Below, one piece after another: positions 36,807-52,214 of a DNA stretch of 64,000 bases (the stretch's first letter is position 1; every line of letters starts with the position of its first letter). The stretch covers positions 5,270,001 to 5,334,000 of the forward strand of contig NC_043001.1 in assembly GCF_006345805.1 (NCBI RefSeq), in the 5' to 3' direction. The translations under genes and the position numbers were made by a program. The stretch comes from Octopus sinensis. Lineage: Eukaryota. Under the pieces are notes generated by a model. The model was not told the origin of the DNA, ran no database searches, and was given only the letters and a program-made list of their open reading frames with translations.

Positions 36807-37915
36807 TCTTTATATATATAAAACTGAGAATGTGTGTCTGTCTGTCTGCACAAACAATTTCATTCAAATTTTAAACATGCCTTACTTAAGGTCAATGTAG
36901 TTTCATAGGCAAAAATAAATGTTCAACTTCTTGTCTAGAGCGAGCCCATGCAATATAATTTATTCTCCATTATTTCAGTATTACGTGTTAAAAGTGAAAC
37001 AAAAACATTTCTCTATTTTATGTCAGATACTTTCACATTAACAATAAAAATAATAATAACAATTGAATTATAAGTAATAATTAAAATCAAACTAAAGTAT
37101 AATATTATCGTAACATAACAAAAGTAAAAATATAGCAATTGGTATAAAATTGCATCAATATCTTGAACATGAATAAGTGGTTTCACATGAATGGGAATAA
37201 ATAAAACATAAAATTTAAGTGCAGAAATGGAATAGTCCAGATGGAGGTGTGCACGGCTTTTACATTTGATTGTTTGCTAATTAGCTAGCATTAAGCATTC
37301 TACTGAGTACCGCTGTTAGTTTATTTCTGATCCATATAGGCCTATAGCTTCAACAGAGTACTGGTTTTTGGTTTACCGTAAGGTTTGTTGTTATTATTAT
37401 TTCTGTTTAACTATTGTTATCACGTTTGTTGGTTCCTCGTAAGGGAAGCGTTGTTGAGTTGCATTTGTTAAATAATTGTAAACCGTAACCCTCCCCCTTT
37501 GGGAGAAGGAGCTTTGGTTATTGTTTAAAAATTGAATTGTGTCCCTGTTTGGGGAAATTGACACTATTTTGACCGTTTACACGGAAGTATTTTTGTTGAA
37601 ATATCTTCGATAGAAGACAGTGCAAAAATGAATTTCGCTGCAGCCGTCGGATTGTAGCCACACTTCTATACAAGAGGGAGGACAAGATATAGTTGATCGA
37701 AATTACAAGAGACGGGCTAACAATTCCAGTCTGTTATATATTTTGAGTATTGTTATCACTAGCGATATCAAGATATAACTTTGTATTTTGTATTTTATGT
37801 GTAAATATATATATATATTATATATATATATTTAGATGTACATGTAATATGTACACATATATATAGACATATATACATGCACTAGCACCCTGCAACGACG
37901 GGTCTTTAATGCTAG
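36807..37915 (+). mobile_element. Non-autonomous Helitron-like element (~1.1 kb)
   Basis: A|TC start tctttatatatataaaactgagaatgtgtgtctgtctg (like 2239); ends ccctgcaacgacggg...tgCTAG|T. Confidence 0.6.
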
Positions 37916-38489
37916 TAATCATAAAAACTAATAGAAACACAGGTAAAGTTAAGCGCTTCTTCTAACCCTTTACGTTTCTTTTAGAAACGCTAATTCTTAA
38001 TCCTTAACATCATTGATTTTCATATCTTCTCATTCAGTACCACGTGTTCTGTTTTGAATATCGTAGTCCTACCTCTAAGCAGAATGGCGACTACTCTTGC
38101 ATCCACAAGACTTTTCATTTCAACGGAAAACCAACAAACAAATATCTACACTAGTCATATATACTGTCATTACGTAGGAAGCAAATTTGTTTAATAAATA
38201 TTTAACTATGCATCATAGCCTTACATCTAACAATAATTCATGTTACCCCATTTTCTCAAGCATCACTAATACTTTGAGATTTAAGTGTTAAAAAACTGCA
38301 TTGTAAATTGATGTAAATTATTTCAGCTGCGTGTTTGTTTTGTATTATATTTAAATAAAATTTTCTCCTCTCTGCACATTATACACCACCAAATTTAAAT
38401 CAAAATAAACGTGTCGCAGTATTTTGCAATTCATTTCTTCTAATTACTTGCAAATATGTACATTCCGTATTACAGAGAAGAAAATACAT

Positions 38490-38508
38490 TCATACATATA
38501 TACATACG

Positions 38509-38539
<31 letters not shown>

Positions 38540-38632
38540 GTATACATGTATATATATATGTATATATATATCCATATATGTATACACACCTATATATACA
38601 AATATATATATATATACGTTTATATATAGGTG

Positions 38633-38668
<36 letters not shown>

Positions 38669-38992
38669 TGCATATATAAATATATATATGCATATATGTA
38701 TATATATATATTATATATATATATATATGTATATATATAAATATATATGTATATATGTATGCATATATGTATATATATATGAATATATATATATATATAT
38801 TATATATATGTATATATATATATGCAGATATGTATATGTATATATATATATATGAAGATATGTATATGTATGTATATATATATATATATATATGCAGATA
38901 TGTATATATATATGTATATATATATATGCAGACATGCATATATATGTATATATATTATATATATGCAGATATGTTTATATGTATATATATGC

Positions 38993-39051
<59 letters not shown>

Positions 39052-39115
39052 ATATATATGTATATATATATATGTATGTATATATATATATATGTATTAT
39101 ATATATATATATGCA

Positions 39116-39168
<53 letters not shown>
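38490..39168. repeat. Long interrupted (TA)n microsatellite
   Basis: Directly visible. Confidence 0.97.
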
Positions 39169-40929
39169 TGGAAGCAAGTAAATTATTTGTAATGAACATA
39201 ATTTAATTGCATTATTCTAACGTTTTCAGTAGGTCCAAAGAAAAACTAATTACCTGGAATGCTTTTATTTAACAAAATGTAAATATTGCACGCTGATTTT
39301 AAAGTACATAAACCATTCAATTAGTTCATTTATTTCAAGGAATATGGCGTCTAGAATTACAGCGTGATTACAGACATACACAAATTAACACGCACATACT
39401 CACGCACACAAATATATATATATATATATATATACTGAAGCATGTTGGCTTTTGTATATGTATGTATGTATGTATGTATTCGTACGTGCTTCTCTATTTG
39501 CATGTATTTGCCTGGAGATATTTGAATGCGAGGCTCAATAATGAAGTATGAATAATAAGTTTGTGTACTTATTAAAAACACAAATAATTGCGGTTGTCCA
39601 CGTTAAGACAAATATGAATCATATGTCAGTAAGGATACTGGAGGATCTTTTGTCCTGATTATTTAAACACTAGATTAAGGTGGAAAATTCTTCACAAATG
39701 TACAAAAACGTTTACTAAATCCATTACATTCTTCCTTTCAAAATGCTTAGAAATATCACAATTTTAGATTGAATTCCTTTGCATAAAGAATGGGTGTCGA
39801 GACATTGCTTCCGATTATTGACTCCTGTAGAAATATCTCATCAAATATGCCACTGATGTATTAATTGTAAGACCCTAAATTGTTTGCAATGTGTGTTTTC
39901 TGTTCCCATTTCCTTATCAGGATTCTTAATTATTTGTTTAAGTCAACTTAACACATTTAATAAATTATTATAAAAGTAGTGCTCAGCTTGGTTGTGCAAC
40001 ATTGCTTGCTGCTTCTGAATAATGCTGAGCAGCGAACAATCTCTTAGACAAACGGATTCTGATAAACATTTCAAAGGCAAATGCAGGAAATATAGCATTC
40101 CGAACCCGAATAGAAACTGAAAGCAAATGATATTAAACATTCTCATAAAGACATGGTTTCACCCTGTCTAACTTCCTGACCACCAAACCGATGGCCATGT
40201 AAAATAGGAGAATATTTTCCGCTGCACTCTGTATTTAATATTGTTTTCTCACGTGGCCACTATGATGAACATAAAGCCTCTATATCAACATTATGGTGAA
40301 CATAATGTTGATAAAGAGGATAATCCTAATGACAGTTTATTGTGTTTTTCTCTTTAGATTTATTGATTGTCGCATAATAAAATATTTACCATTTTACTAT
40401 TTTCTACGTTCATTTACCTTGCTATTTTACTTAACAAATTTATTGCAAATGAAATGCGTGGAAATAATGTGTGAAATGTCTTACGTTGATAATAAATTTT
40501 TGGTATTAAATTGTTGTTCAGATATTATTGCTCGTGCAATAATACCCAATTTTCTTTTGTAAGGACTCTCCAAGAATCTTCCAAGTACGATAACAGTCGT
40601 TAGCTAACTTGAAGAAATGTAGCGTCTCATGTAATTTTCAACATGGATATGAGAATACGGTGAGATTTACTTCTACAATTATTACGGAGAAAGATCTAGT
40701 AACTAACCCTTAAATATAAAAGAATCAACCACAGCAAAGCGGTTCCCGTGAAATGCCCGATTTAACGCCATTGATAATGCATAGCAAATTATAGCGTTAC
40801 TGTAACAAATAATACTACATTACGAATATTTGCATTTCGTTTTATTCTCAAATTTTAATCTAGTCCCTCTACACTATAAAAAATCTAGGGATACGAGTTG
40901 GATAAAGAAATACATGTCGTAAGGACCTT

Positions 40930-41355
40930 ATCTTCCCCCACCACATGGTATCGAGTACATTCTCATAGGATGGCAATTTGGCCACTCTCTTCTGTTGTAG
41001 CGTTGGAGACGCCAGAGTTTTTGAGTGGATCTGGTAAGCAGAAACTAAATGAAGCCCGTCGTATGTGTGTATATTTACAAATACGTACATATATATGTAT
41101 ATATGCGTGTACGCGCGGGCGCGATGGCGTGTGGTATAGGAACTTATGCCTGTGTTCGTCTCTCGTCAACGTTTGGCAAACGGAGTTGGATTTTTTAATT
41201 CAATGTAAAATAGCGTTTGAGCAAAAGGGTCCAAAATAATTCTTACCAGGCTTAAAACACCAAAATATTACTGGGTTCGATTCATTCGACTAAAATTTCA
41301 ACTTGGCCGTGCCCCAGCGCGGCTGCAGTCTAACGAAGGTACACAAGTTAAAGAA
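40930..41355 (+). mobile_element. Degenerate SINE family A
   Basis: ccacatggt..., gagtggat.tggta..gaaact.aa.gaagcccgtcgtatg, ttcgactaaaa, ccagc.cggctgcagtc. Confidence 0.7.
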
Positions 41356-42149
41356 TATATATACATACATGCACAAATATATACTTACATGCATGTGCAC
41401 ACACATTTAAGTAGACTTGCATAAAATATATAGAGATAGAAAATGACATAATAATGTTACATAATGAAATTTTGAAAATGACAGGGTTAGAGGTCACACA
41501 AATAATTCATACATTTCTTTGTTTATTTAATATAGAAGTTAGAAATAAATATAAGGGGTATGTTTAACCAGGAGCTAGATGACATGAGACACATCACTCG
41601 AGTAATATTTACATATTTAGAAAATATGTAAATTTGTGTAATGAAGTACATTACAAATCTTGGTTAAACAAAAATTAATGTGTAAATGAGGAGTTAAATT
41701 CGATTATACAAGATTAGTGCTTCAAAGATATTTGCCTAATGTAATGCATATATATATATATATGAATGAATATATATATACCGGCAATTTGAAAAAAAAA
41801 TTAAAACAATGTTTCTTGCATGGAACACGGGAACATGACCGGGAGTTCATCGCTAAATATTCTGATTGCAGAGACCATTCACAGCTTTCTTCTCCACCGA
41901 ACCATGGCTCAAACTGAAAGGAAACAAACGAGTGAATTCGTGACTATGACCTGATTAATCCTCACATGAAGCTGCTAGATAATATACTAGAAAACGAGAG
42001 GAAAACACATGGTCAACAATCTGCAAGTACAGAAATTATATCCAGCCTCAATTTTCATAAAACCGATTGGAAGGGTAGCGAGAAAGATTTCATGGAACAA
42101 CTGACTTCTACTATGTCTCTCTACGCAACATATTGACACAAAGCTACAG

Positions 42150-43725
42150 CACTTTATGACACCCTTGCATGACATATGCAGCAACTTTTATCCAGATAGA
42201 ATGCTAAAGAAGAAACACTCCCATGAAGAGGAAAGGTCCGTGAAAGAAGCCAGGGCTGTCAAAAATATACAGAAAGAATTGTATAGATTTGTAGATGATC
42301 CCGCTTCAAAATACTGGAAGGTGGAGCCACTGTTCAAGGAAAATGGTTCACTGATTGCAGACTCCCTAGATAAGATTAAAATGCTAAATGTGCAATGCAA
42401 AATGTTTTCACCACCCCAAATAGTATGCATGATATGTTTTTCGGCAACGCAGTTATACACAAAGTGATGGCACTTATTGATAACATCAAAATAGTGAAAA
42501 CAGATGTAATCTCTGCCTTTGATGAAATGTGTTAAATCTCAGACACAGGCCCTGATGGATTAGCAGCAATCCTTAAAGAAATGGAAAGGACTCTAGCAAA
42601 CAATACACGTTCATTTCTGGAGCTTCATCGCAAATCTGTGACTTCCCAGAAAGTTAAAAAAAAGACATAATGTGTCCTATTCATAAAGGGGATGTCAGAA
42701 CGGAAGTTAAAAATTAGAAGGTGGTTAATGGGATGACACGTAACCAGATACCGGAACTCGACATAGTTGGGAAACTAGGAGAGTAGTTGCGTGACTTCTG
42801 AACAGATAGAGGCCAGGCGGTGGCAGGCAATGGAGCCCTCTCTATTGAGATTGTAATTCAGAGCGGAATGCCTGAGACAACAGTTATGGGACTGTTGCGG
42901 TTTATGGTTACTCTCTCGAACGTGCCATCTGTGACGCATACAGCTACAATAAGTAGCAAGGCCGACAACACAAAAGGAGAACAAGGAGTCAAGAAATAGT
43001 CTGCTGCTTGTGTACATAGGGGCAGAGATGCCCTATAGAAATGGGACGAAGAAAACAGTATGCATTATAACGCAAGTAAATTTCAATACCTCTGTTGTCG
43101 GTTAATTGATGCCCAGAATCCGCGACAACATTACTTCAGAAGAAAAGAGGGGCAACCCCAGAGTGAGATACTGTGCGTGATCTGCAGATTGATCTGTGCC
43201 GCGACACCTCTTTTCACTTGCATATCACCAAGATAGTAGCAATGTGCAGGTGAATGATGAAATGGATTCTGAGAATATTCAGAACAAGGGACCAAGAAAC
43301 TATGTTGGTTCTGTGGAGGATATTAGTTCTCAGGCTTTTGGGTTACTGCTCTCAATATTGATCCCGCAATAGTGTCAAAATAATAGCGGAAATGGAGGCA
43401 GTTCAATGATGCTATACGAGAAAGTTTGCATCAATGGAACTTGTCAGTTATCTACAGAGACTGAAATTGCTATGACTTTACTCACTGGTGTAAAGACAGT
43501 TGAGATATGCAATGGTATACGTATGGAAGATGATGGTCGTGTTGGTGTCAAAGGTTGGCATTAAGAGGTATACAAACTTCTGAAATGAACGTCAGTGCAC
43601 TTCCAAAATCCCGTCTATGTCGTCCAGATTGAGTAACATGTATTGCATTAGCTTGGGTTTCAAATTTTTACGGCCATTTAATGTATTTCCGAAGTATTGG
43701 AGGGCTCTTCATAGAGTAGGGGAAG
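42150..43725 (+). mobile_element. Heavily degenerate CR1-like LINE ORF2 with internal deletion
   Basis: TGPDGLAAILKE, CPIHKG, SGMPETTVMGLLRF (GVPQGTVLGPLLF-like), KADNTK, WILRIFRTRD, GYCSQ. Confidence 0.7.
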
Positions 43726-44179
43726 TTGGTCGACTGAGGTTTCAAGATCACAGCTAAGGCTGGATCTAGGGATCTGTATTAGGGGTCCGTTATAGCGAGC
43801 ATATATTATACTTACGAAAACAATCAAAATGAAAGCAGAACGAGTATCTTAAGTCATTTAGAATAACTTAATTAAGATAAGGTGAATTTGAAGATTTACA
43901 TCCGTTTCTGGATTAACCCAAGCGATATATTGCTATGTCTACCGAGTGCTTGGAGATGGTAACCTGCCGTTCACCTTACCCTAGTTAACTAATTCTAAAT
44001 GAATTGAGATACTCGTTCTGCCTTCGCTTTGATGTTCCTTCTAAAATAATATAAATACATATATGTATAAGTAAGTATGCGTGTTTAGATATATACATAA
44101 AGCGAGATAAAGGAAGAGACACAGAAAAACGGATGGACAAATTGAGAGTGAAAAGATTACATATAAAATTCAGACAGGA

Positions 44180-44496
44180 GCACTCCGTCGGTCCCAGGTG
44201 ATACACAGCTTGCTCGTGTAATTAACTGCATTCCACAGAAACGTGCACCTTTAGTTTTCCCGCGTACCCTTAGTTCAGACATGCGTACGTAGTTCTCAGG
44301 TAGATTCAGCACAACGGAGAGTGTGACAAGGTTGGCCTTTTGAAATACAGGTACAACTCACTTTTGACTGCTGAGTGGACTGGAGCAACGTGAAATAAAT
44401 TCTCTTGCTCAAGGACACAACGCGTCGCCAGGAATTGAACTCATGACCTTACAATCGTAAGCCGAGTGCCCTATCCACTAAGCCACGCGCCTTCAC
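44180..44496 (-). mobile_element. tRNA-derived SINE sharing its 3' half with family C
   Basis: Minus: gtgaaggcgcgtggcttagtgg (A box), gagttcaattcc (B box), tgtgtccttgagcaag, then gttgtacctgtatttcaaa.ggcc..ccttgtcac...gagaactacgt...cgacggagtgc as in 2774-3152. Confidence 0.85.
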
Positions 44497-45163
44497 GCAT
44501 AAGCTAACACACAAGTATGCATATATGTATTTTTGCATATATGGAAGTAAGTATTCATGTATGTACACATACATGTGTTCTGTTGTGTTTGTATGTATGT
44601 ATATATGCGTGTTGTGCACATCAATGCCATGTTAATAAACTAGAAGTAATACAATAATTCTCATTTCCTCGTTACATTCCCATGTTATATTTAAGACGGT
44701 TAAACAATTCTTATTTTAACGACAATAAATTTTTCTTACCAATCATATTTATTGCCCCCTCCGAATATATTCGCCATATCTATTGATTACATCTAATCTC
44801 TCCAGAGGTATTTCAACTGAATTTATTTGCATCATTACATGGTAACTGATTATTATATACTGCACGTTGATTTTGGGAAATATCATAAAATTTCGTAATA
44901 GATTCTTGATTTATGTCTTTGACAATCTTAATAAATATACCATTTTATCTAATTTTCAGTTTCCCATTTTTATGTTGCGCGCGAATACTACTCATAGTGC
45001 GCACGCGCTTAGCTACTAAAACATTTTTCTTACTTATTATTCGTTTTCTTTATCTGAATGTTTAATCTAATTGTAATTAGCATCCACAATAATTTTCTGT
45101 ACATGAGATAGGCGTAATAGCATTTGTAATACTACGCTGGATTGATGATGATGGTGGTGGTGG

Positions 45164-45218
<55 letters not shown>

Positions 45219-45659
45219 GACGGCGACAACTATGATGTTCATGATGATGATAAGGATGGGGATTATTATAGTAATAACAGATGCAGTGCCAGGCAATGGG
45301 TCTCATGTCTTCTAATCATAAGTAATTAAAAGTGTTATCATGTCTATGCTTTATATTCGTATATAATTAGGGCCATAGCACATATCCATCTCAGTACCAA
45401 TGGTTTGGTTGTCAGTTGTTTGGCCAAATCCATTTGAACTTCTCTCCTGGTATGTTTGATCATGCGCAAGAGTAGTCTGAGGAGAGCATCAATGTCATAG
45501 GTTGAGACGAATTATTTGGGGTGTGAAGAATTCACTTCTGGAACCATAGGCGTTTTGTTCGAAGCACTTAAACAACCGTTATTGAGGGATATTTTGTGTG
45601 GATCGTGCTTCTTAGCCTGAAGAAAATTCTAACTATCGGTCCAATACCAGGCTAAAATC

Positions 45660-46372
45660 GGAATGCACTGGACCACAAGGTAATATAATCCCAGAGTCAG
45701 AGTCGGTGAATGATCTGGGGGTTCGCCTGTGCAATGATGCAACATTCCACGTGAATCTTACCAAGATGGCAACAGTGTACGCGAGTGGCAGGATGAATTC
45801 TGAGGAGATTCAGAACCAGGAGAAATGAAGCCCTGCTGCCTCTATGGAAGATTTTCATTCTCAGCCTCTTGGACTATTGCTCCCAACTGCGGTCCCCAGA
45901 GAGGGTAAAACAAACTGTGGAACTGGAGGCAACGCAGTGCCATTTGAAAAGGAAGATTGACGCAATGCAAAATATGAGATACAGGGAGAAGCTAAAGAAG
46001 TTGAGTCTGTATTCCTTGGAGAGAAGACGACAGATATATGCGGTGATATACAGTTGGAAGATCAAGGAGGGTTTAACTCCCAATTATGGAATTGACAGCT
46101 ATAACAATTTTTGAACTGGATGGCACTACATTATACTAAAGATCCCTTGTACCCAATCTACAAGAAAGACATAGTACTGCAATAGTCTGGGTTTCAACGG
46201 CCCGCAATAGTTCAAAGTTATTCCAGGCAACTTTAGAGATCTACATGAGATTGATGGAGATGTTTTCAAGAAACGCATGGATGGGATTCTATCTGAGATA
46301 CCACATGAACCCACACCGCGGCAGGAGATGCAAAGACGAGCAGCACCGTACAACGCGTTACGTCATCAAAAA
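45660..46372 (+). mobile_element. CR1-like LINE 3' end fragment
   Basis: DLGV, DYCSQL.SP, LYSLERRRQIYAVIY.WKI, NSLGFNGP; homologous to 43150-43720. Confidence 0.8.
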
Positions 46373-46387
46373 CAAGTATATATATAT

Positions 46388-46435
<48 letters not shown>

Positions 46436-46470
46436 TGCGTGTGTGTGTATGCATGTATGTATGTATGTAT

Positions 46471-46872
46471 ACTCTTTACTCTCTTTTACTCTTTTACTTG
46501 TTTCAGTCAGATGACTGCGGCCATGCTGGAGCACCGCATTTAGTCGAGCAAATCGACCCCGGGACTTATTCTTTGTAAGCCCAGTACTTATTCTATCGGT
46601 CTCTTTTGCCGAACCGCTAAGTGACGGGGACGTAAACACACCAGCATCGGTTGTCAAGCAATGCTAGGGGGACACACAAACACACACACATATACATATA
46701 TATATACATATATGCCACAGGCTTCTTTGAGTTTCCGTCTACCAAATCCACTCACAAGGCATTGGTCGGCCCGGGGCTATAACAGAAGACACTTGCCCAT
46801 GATGCCACGCAGTGGGACTGAACCCGGAACCATGTGGTTGGTTAGCAAGCTACTTACCACACAGCCACTCCT
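46471..46872 (-). mobile_element. Full-length SINE family A
   Basis: Minus: aggagtggctgtgtggtaag ... gggttcagtccc ... ctgaaacaagtaaaagagtaaaagagagtaaagagt tail. Confidence 0.92.
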
Positions 46873-47996
46873 ATATTTATAATATATATATAATGCATAT
46901 ATATACACACACACAAATACACGCACACATATGTATATTATATCTGATATATAAAGAACGTATATAATATGTGTATATACGTTAATATACATAACCACGC
47001 ATATATAACTAAGTGTATGTGTGCGTGTGTGTACGTATGTGTTGATGTATGAATTTAATGTATTTTGAAATGTGTGTCTGGTTTTTGCTGTTCGAAATGA
47101 CTTCCTGGCGACTCTGACCAGTATTTGAACTGTCAGTGTAATGGAACGTATCGAATACAGCTATGAATCAGTACAGTCGCGTGTCTCGCAATGGAAACAG
47201 CATTATTTCACTTTCTGAATTATACCGAATGATTAACGACTCTCTGTCACCGACTGGGATTGCAATATGCTATTGAAAATGAATGTTCTCAGACAAAGAC
47301 CAGTTGTTTATAAATTATTGGTAGACCTATTCTATAAAATTGGTACAATTATACTGTATTGAGTGGTTTATAGGGATATTCGATATTGATCTGCGATAGC
47401 ATTGCAAAATATATTATTTAAACAATGAATACTAGAAAATGCTATGAAGAATCCTGATATTTTGAAATGATGTTTCTGAAACGCATTAGATATAAATGGG
47501 AAAATGGAAAAGAAAAATTTGCTCTCTTAATGTTGAAATGGAGAAAGCCTTCTTTGACCGAATATCGAGTTTACGTCTATGGACCATACTATATCATAGG
47601 TGTTGAACTGCTTTGCTTGAGACGTTTCTGTTCTTAATGGAGATTATCCAACAAGCAAAATCGCAGAACTTACCTTTTAATTAGACAAGAATGACTTAAA
47701 ATACTCTTAAGCCTTTTCTCAAAAATCTATAGAAATTGATAAATTGATAGGTCGTTGCTAATATCCTCTAGAAAAAATGGACTTCTCTACTGGAGTGAAG
47801 TATTGTCCCCTTATAAAGAAATAAAATATTACTCAATTTTAAACGGCAAAACAACTTTTAAATTTATGAAGTGAAACCAATCGGCCAAAATTATTGATAA
47901 AAGTAGAAGAATTCTACAAAAATGACAGTTGAATATGAGTGTTGAATTTGTTAATGAATGAAAACATGAATAGATAAGGAAGTTTTATCTATCTAA

Positions 47997-48076
<80 letters not shown>

Positions 48077-48077
<1 letters not shown>

Positions 48078-48636
48078 CCGAGCGCCTTCTTGGTCAGCTG
48101 AAAGGAGTTTTGGCACAAACTTGGCAGGTATGAGTCACATACCAAAATCTCCAGTGATAACGGACTGAACTGAACCCTGACTAATATGCGCGTCGTCCGA
48201 TAACTCATAGATTGTGATTCGATAGTTTCCCTCATAGCTGCGCGCACATCGGCGATGCTTTCCTCAGTTTGCTGGTTGCTGGTCTACCAGAACGTTTGCC
48301 ACTATCGATATCTGTTCGGCCATCTTGGAAACGTCTGAACTACTCGTACACTTGTGTGCGGCTCATAGACCTCTCTCCATACATTTTATCCAGCGTTGCG
48401 TAGGCCTCTGAGCAAGTATCGGCATGACAACATTCTCTGTCATGGTCAATGCGACGCTCACACGTTACACATGTTAACTCGAAGCACTGATGTAAACAAG
48501 AGAAGTGAGCTACATCCTTAAAACTAAATGCATAGGCAACGCTTAGATGAAGGTTAATCTATACCAAGAGGCTTTAATCTGCGTGCTTTAGCTTCGTTTC
48601 TATGGCAACAGTCGGATACTTATTGATCAGACTTCA
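48077..48636 (-). mobile_element. mariner 5' fragment (one TIR + HTH region)
   Basis: Minus: TA|tgaagtctgatcaataagtatccg TIR; remnants SRTQVYE*FRRFQDGR, KRSGRP, AKFVPKLLS. Confidence 0.75.
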
Positions 48637-51600
48637 TAAAAATCACGAATTTTTGACCGAACACCCTACATATCCGTTTCCCTTATGTGTTCAAGCTTGT
48701 GTATTGAAGGTTTATTTCGGTATGACACGATATATTTGATCATGCTGTATATCTGTTCATTAAGCAGTGCTTTAACACATTTGAATATTGAATACTGTGA
48801 TCATGGAAGAAAATCAGATTTCAACTAAACTTTTCGTTGCAGGAAATCAAGATATCGTTTCAAGTATTTTTCGAATAATGTATTCTGCAATATCTTTCCA
48901 TTCGCACTGCGTGCTATAATTTATCTCCGATCATGTATCTGATATTATTTATTTTGTTTTATATAATATAATTTGCATATTTAAATGTAAATCATCTGTA
49001 CATGTGGGAATATTTTCGTGGTTATACAGATTCAGTTCTATTCGTACAGTTACCTGCGAAGGTTTTGTCATCGCCCTTATTGCATGAAAACGTTTTTTTT
49101 TCTATTACATCAATCGTGAGGTGTAATAGTAAATTTCCTCTATAGTGTATCCGCAAATTCGGAAGGGCTAGCACGTTGTTTCGAGTTGTCATTAATACTT
49201 TCATTGTGGATATTGGTCGTAATATTCTGGGCACACACTTATCCAAACGTACACAGGCTTGCTAAAATACGACAGAGGAGAGTTACTGGTCAAATTGATT
49301 ATTGTTTCATGGGAAAGATTTTTAAAAATGAAAGAAACGCTGTACGCTGTTGATTTATTCCGATGAAGATTGATATGGAAAGTTAGTATTTATTGTTTTT
49401 TTAGGGAAACCAATGTAGTCAGGCTATTGAGCTCATGGTTAGGGTTATTTTCAGTGAACACAGAACATACAAAGAACCAGCATAGCTCTACGTGACTTGC
49501 TTTAAATGAAATAGGAAGATGCGAATATTTTAGTTTCATGTTAGAATGATAGAGGAGGAAACGAAATATAAGACAAGACGAGAATAATTGAAATGGTTTA
49601 GAAAAGAACGCACTTTAGCGGGAATATGTGACAGAGAAAGGTACATAGTAGGAAGGGAAATGTAGGGAGAAGAATCGAAGCTAGAGCATATCAGAAGAAA
49701 TGAGAATGAGGGAGAGAGGAAGGGAAATAGAGATGACGAAATGTTAAGTCTCAAAGAGAATATTCTAAACATTCTTGAAAATAAATTATTTACTTTACAA
49801 GCAATATTGAAAACAGATGGCAATGAGTAGCAGAATAGTGAGAGATACCCAAGCGAATATAAATATGTGTGTGTGTGCGTGTGTGTGTGTGTCTGTGTGC
49901 ATCAAAGTCACATGACTGAAACAACTAAAAGAGTAAAAGAATATGTATGCGCCTACATGGGTGCAAGTCTTTATATGTCAATGTTCCCTTTTACCCCGAC
50001 CAAATGAGATCGGATGTCGTACGTGATCAGTTCTGTTTCCATTACACAAAAGCACATTTGATATACTCGATACACTTCGGTTTTTCACAATTCTGTAGCC
50101 TAAAACTTACCCAATACAACAATCATTAGTTCACCTGAAAGGCGGATCGTTGTTGAGTCAGTTATTGCTAAAATACCATACGATGTGATATTTAGAAGCA
50201 GAAATTATGTAGTACAAAATGTCTGTTATATTATATTTTATGCTTACAAATGTTCTTAATGTTCTCGTTAAACCAATTAAATGCTAGATTCCAATTTTGG
50301 TTGACAGAAATTTTTGCTTTATTTGAGAAAATATTATTATTTTATTCGTGTGTTGTAAACATTATTCTTATTGCTTGAACGATGTGTAGTTTAATGGAGG
50401 AAATTTGATGTTTTAATATGTGTTTCGATTCTTTGCTTATTACAAATATATTTTCTACGAATGACGTGTCCTGCAGACAATATGTCTACGGAAAACTGTG
50501 TGGTGTTTAATTGAATTTCGTTCACTTCCGATTGTTATGACTAGACACTCATACAGTCGAAAAGCAGAATACATTTTAATGATATATGCGTGCCATAACT
50601 ACATATAGGAAACGTCGTGGAAATAATTATATATATTGTAAATTGAGGCAGGTAAAATAAAAATTCATAAATGGTTGACTATCCTACTAAGAATAGAAAT
50701 TTGTGTATGTTTGGAACTGCCGATAAAAGTTCTAAGAAAAATTGGAAAAAGCTATGTCGATGAGGCCCAATATGAACTGAAACACGTATGCTTGTTTTTC
50801 GAATGCTTCAAACAGAGACCGGATATTTTGTCTAATTCATGGTGATTTTATACTTAAACTTTAAAAATAGCTTCTTCAGAAGCCGTTTGATATGTTGTGC
50901 TCAAGGGAAGATTTAAAGAAGTGATTATATTTATGTATTTCGAGAGAGACACTCATTAAACATTTAGCATCATTTATCGAACAGATTTATCTATTAGCTA
51001 TTATCTTTTCATTGACTTAGGTGGGCATGAGAAAATTTATTTTGTCGTATGAATAAATAAGCCATCTTCTTTGATAAATTGTCAATATTTTCCAATAGAC
51101 CAAAAGTAAAATATTATGCTAATTATACAAATGAATTATAAAACGTATATCCACAGAGTTCTCGTCTCCCAAGATCTAATGATTTTTGTTGTCGCGTATG
51201 ACATGTAAATAGGACTTGATATTATTTCGAATATATTGAAATATGATAAATTTCAAATTTAATCTTTCTAGAAATTTGAGCTAATGACATCGCACTTACT
51301 TTCACCGAAGCACCGAAAATTTCATGAATACGTGTCGTGTACAACATTGAGTAGCATCTATCCCGCTTATTCCAACAAAATAGTTTAGCCAATTGGTGTG
51401 CGGTTTTAGCGTCACGGTTTGGTGAGCACGTCAAAGATCCTTTATTTTGAGCGCCCCTAAAAGAATAATTGTTTATCTATATTTAACATTCCTCTTTTCT
51501 TTGAATTCTATTGTTATAATTAACAAGGTAATTAATGGTGATATGGTTAACGCTACTACCAACATCAGTATCACCTTTCTTACTTCTGTTGTTAGTAGTC

Positions 51601-51880
51601 GCGGTGGTAGTAGTTGTATGAGCAGTAGTACATAACCTCATTAATATGATCATCATTGGAACTAGTACCGATACTATAATTATTAATAATGTTCATCTAA
51701 AAAGGGCTTCAAGTTATTAACAAAATTCTCTTTGACTTTTCTCTCATCTTCACTTGATTTGTGTAGTTTGTAGTATTGGAATATTATAAACATATATCTG
51801 TATATCTAACGATCTATGTTGTATGTATGTATGTATGTATGTATGTATGTATGTATGTATTATGTATGTATGTATGTATG

Positions 51881-51911
<31 letters not shown>

Positions 51912-51928
51912 CGGACTGCATCTCTCTT

Positions 51929-51963
<35 letters not shown>

Positions 51964-52214
51964 ATCTTTAAAAGGCAGTTAGCGGTTGTAGTAACCGACA
52001 AAGGGATAATAGTATCCGTATTTACTATCGGTATCAATTACCTGTGCTATCCCTGGGCATGGGCATGTAGGCACACTGTGCACATAGGATACATGTAAAA
52101 ACAGAATAAACAAAAGTTTATCAGGAATCAAATTTAAACAATTAGAAAATGGAGAAAACTTTTGATCAAGAAACGACATCGGTTGACTATTTTTTAAATA
52201 CATAACATGACATA

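Noticed and set aside
50750-50795. tcgatga ggcc...gaaacacgta hammerhead-like string
   Set aside because: Core and helix II do not pair convincingly.
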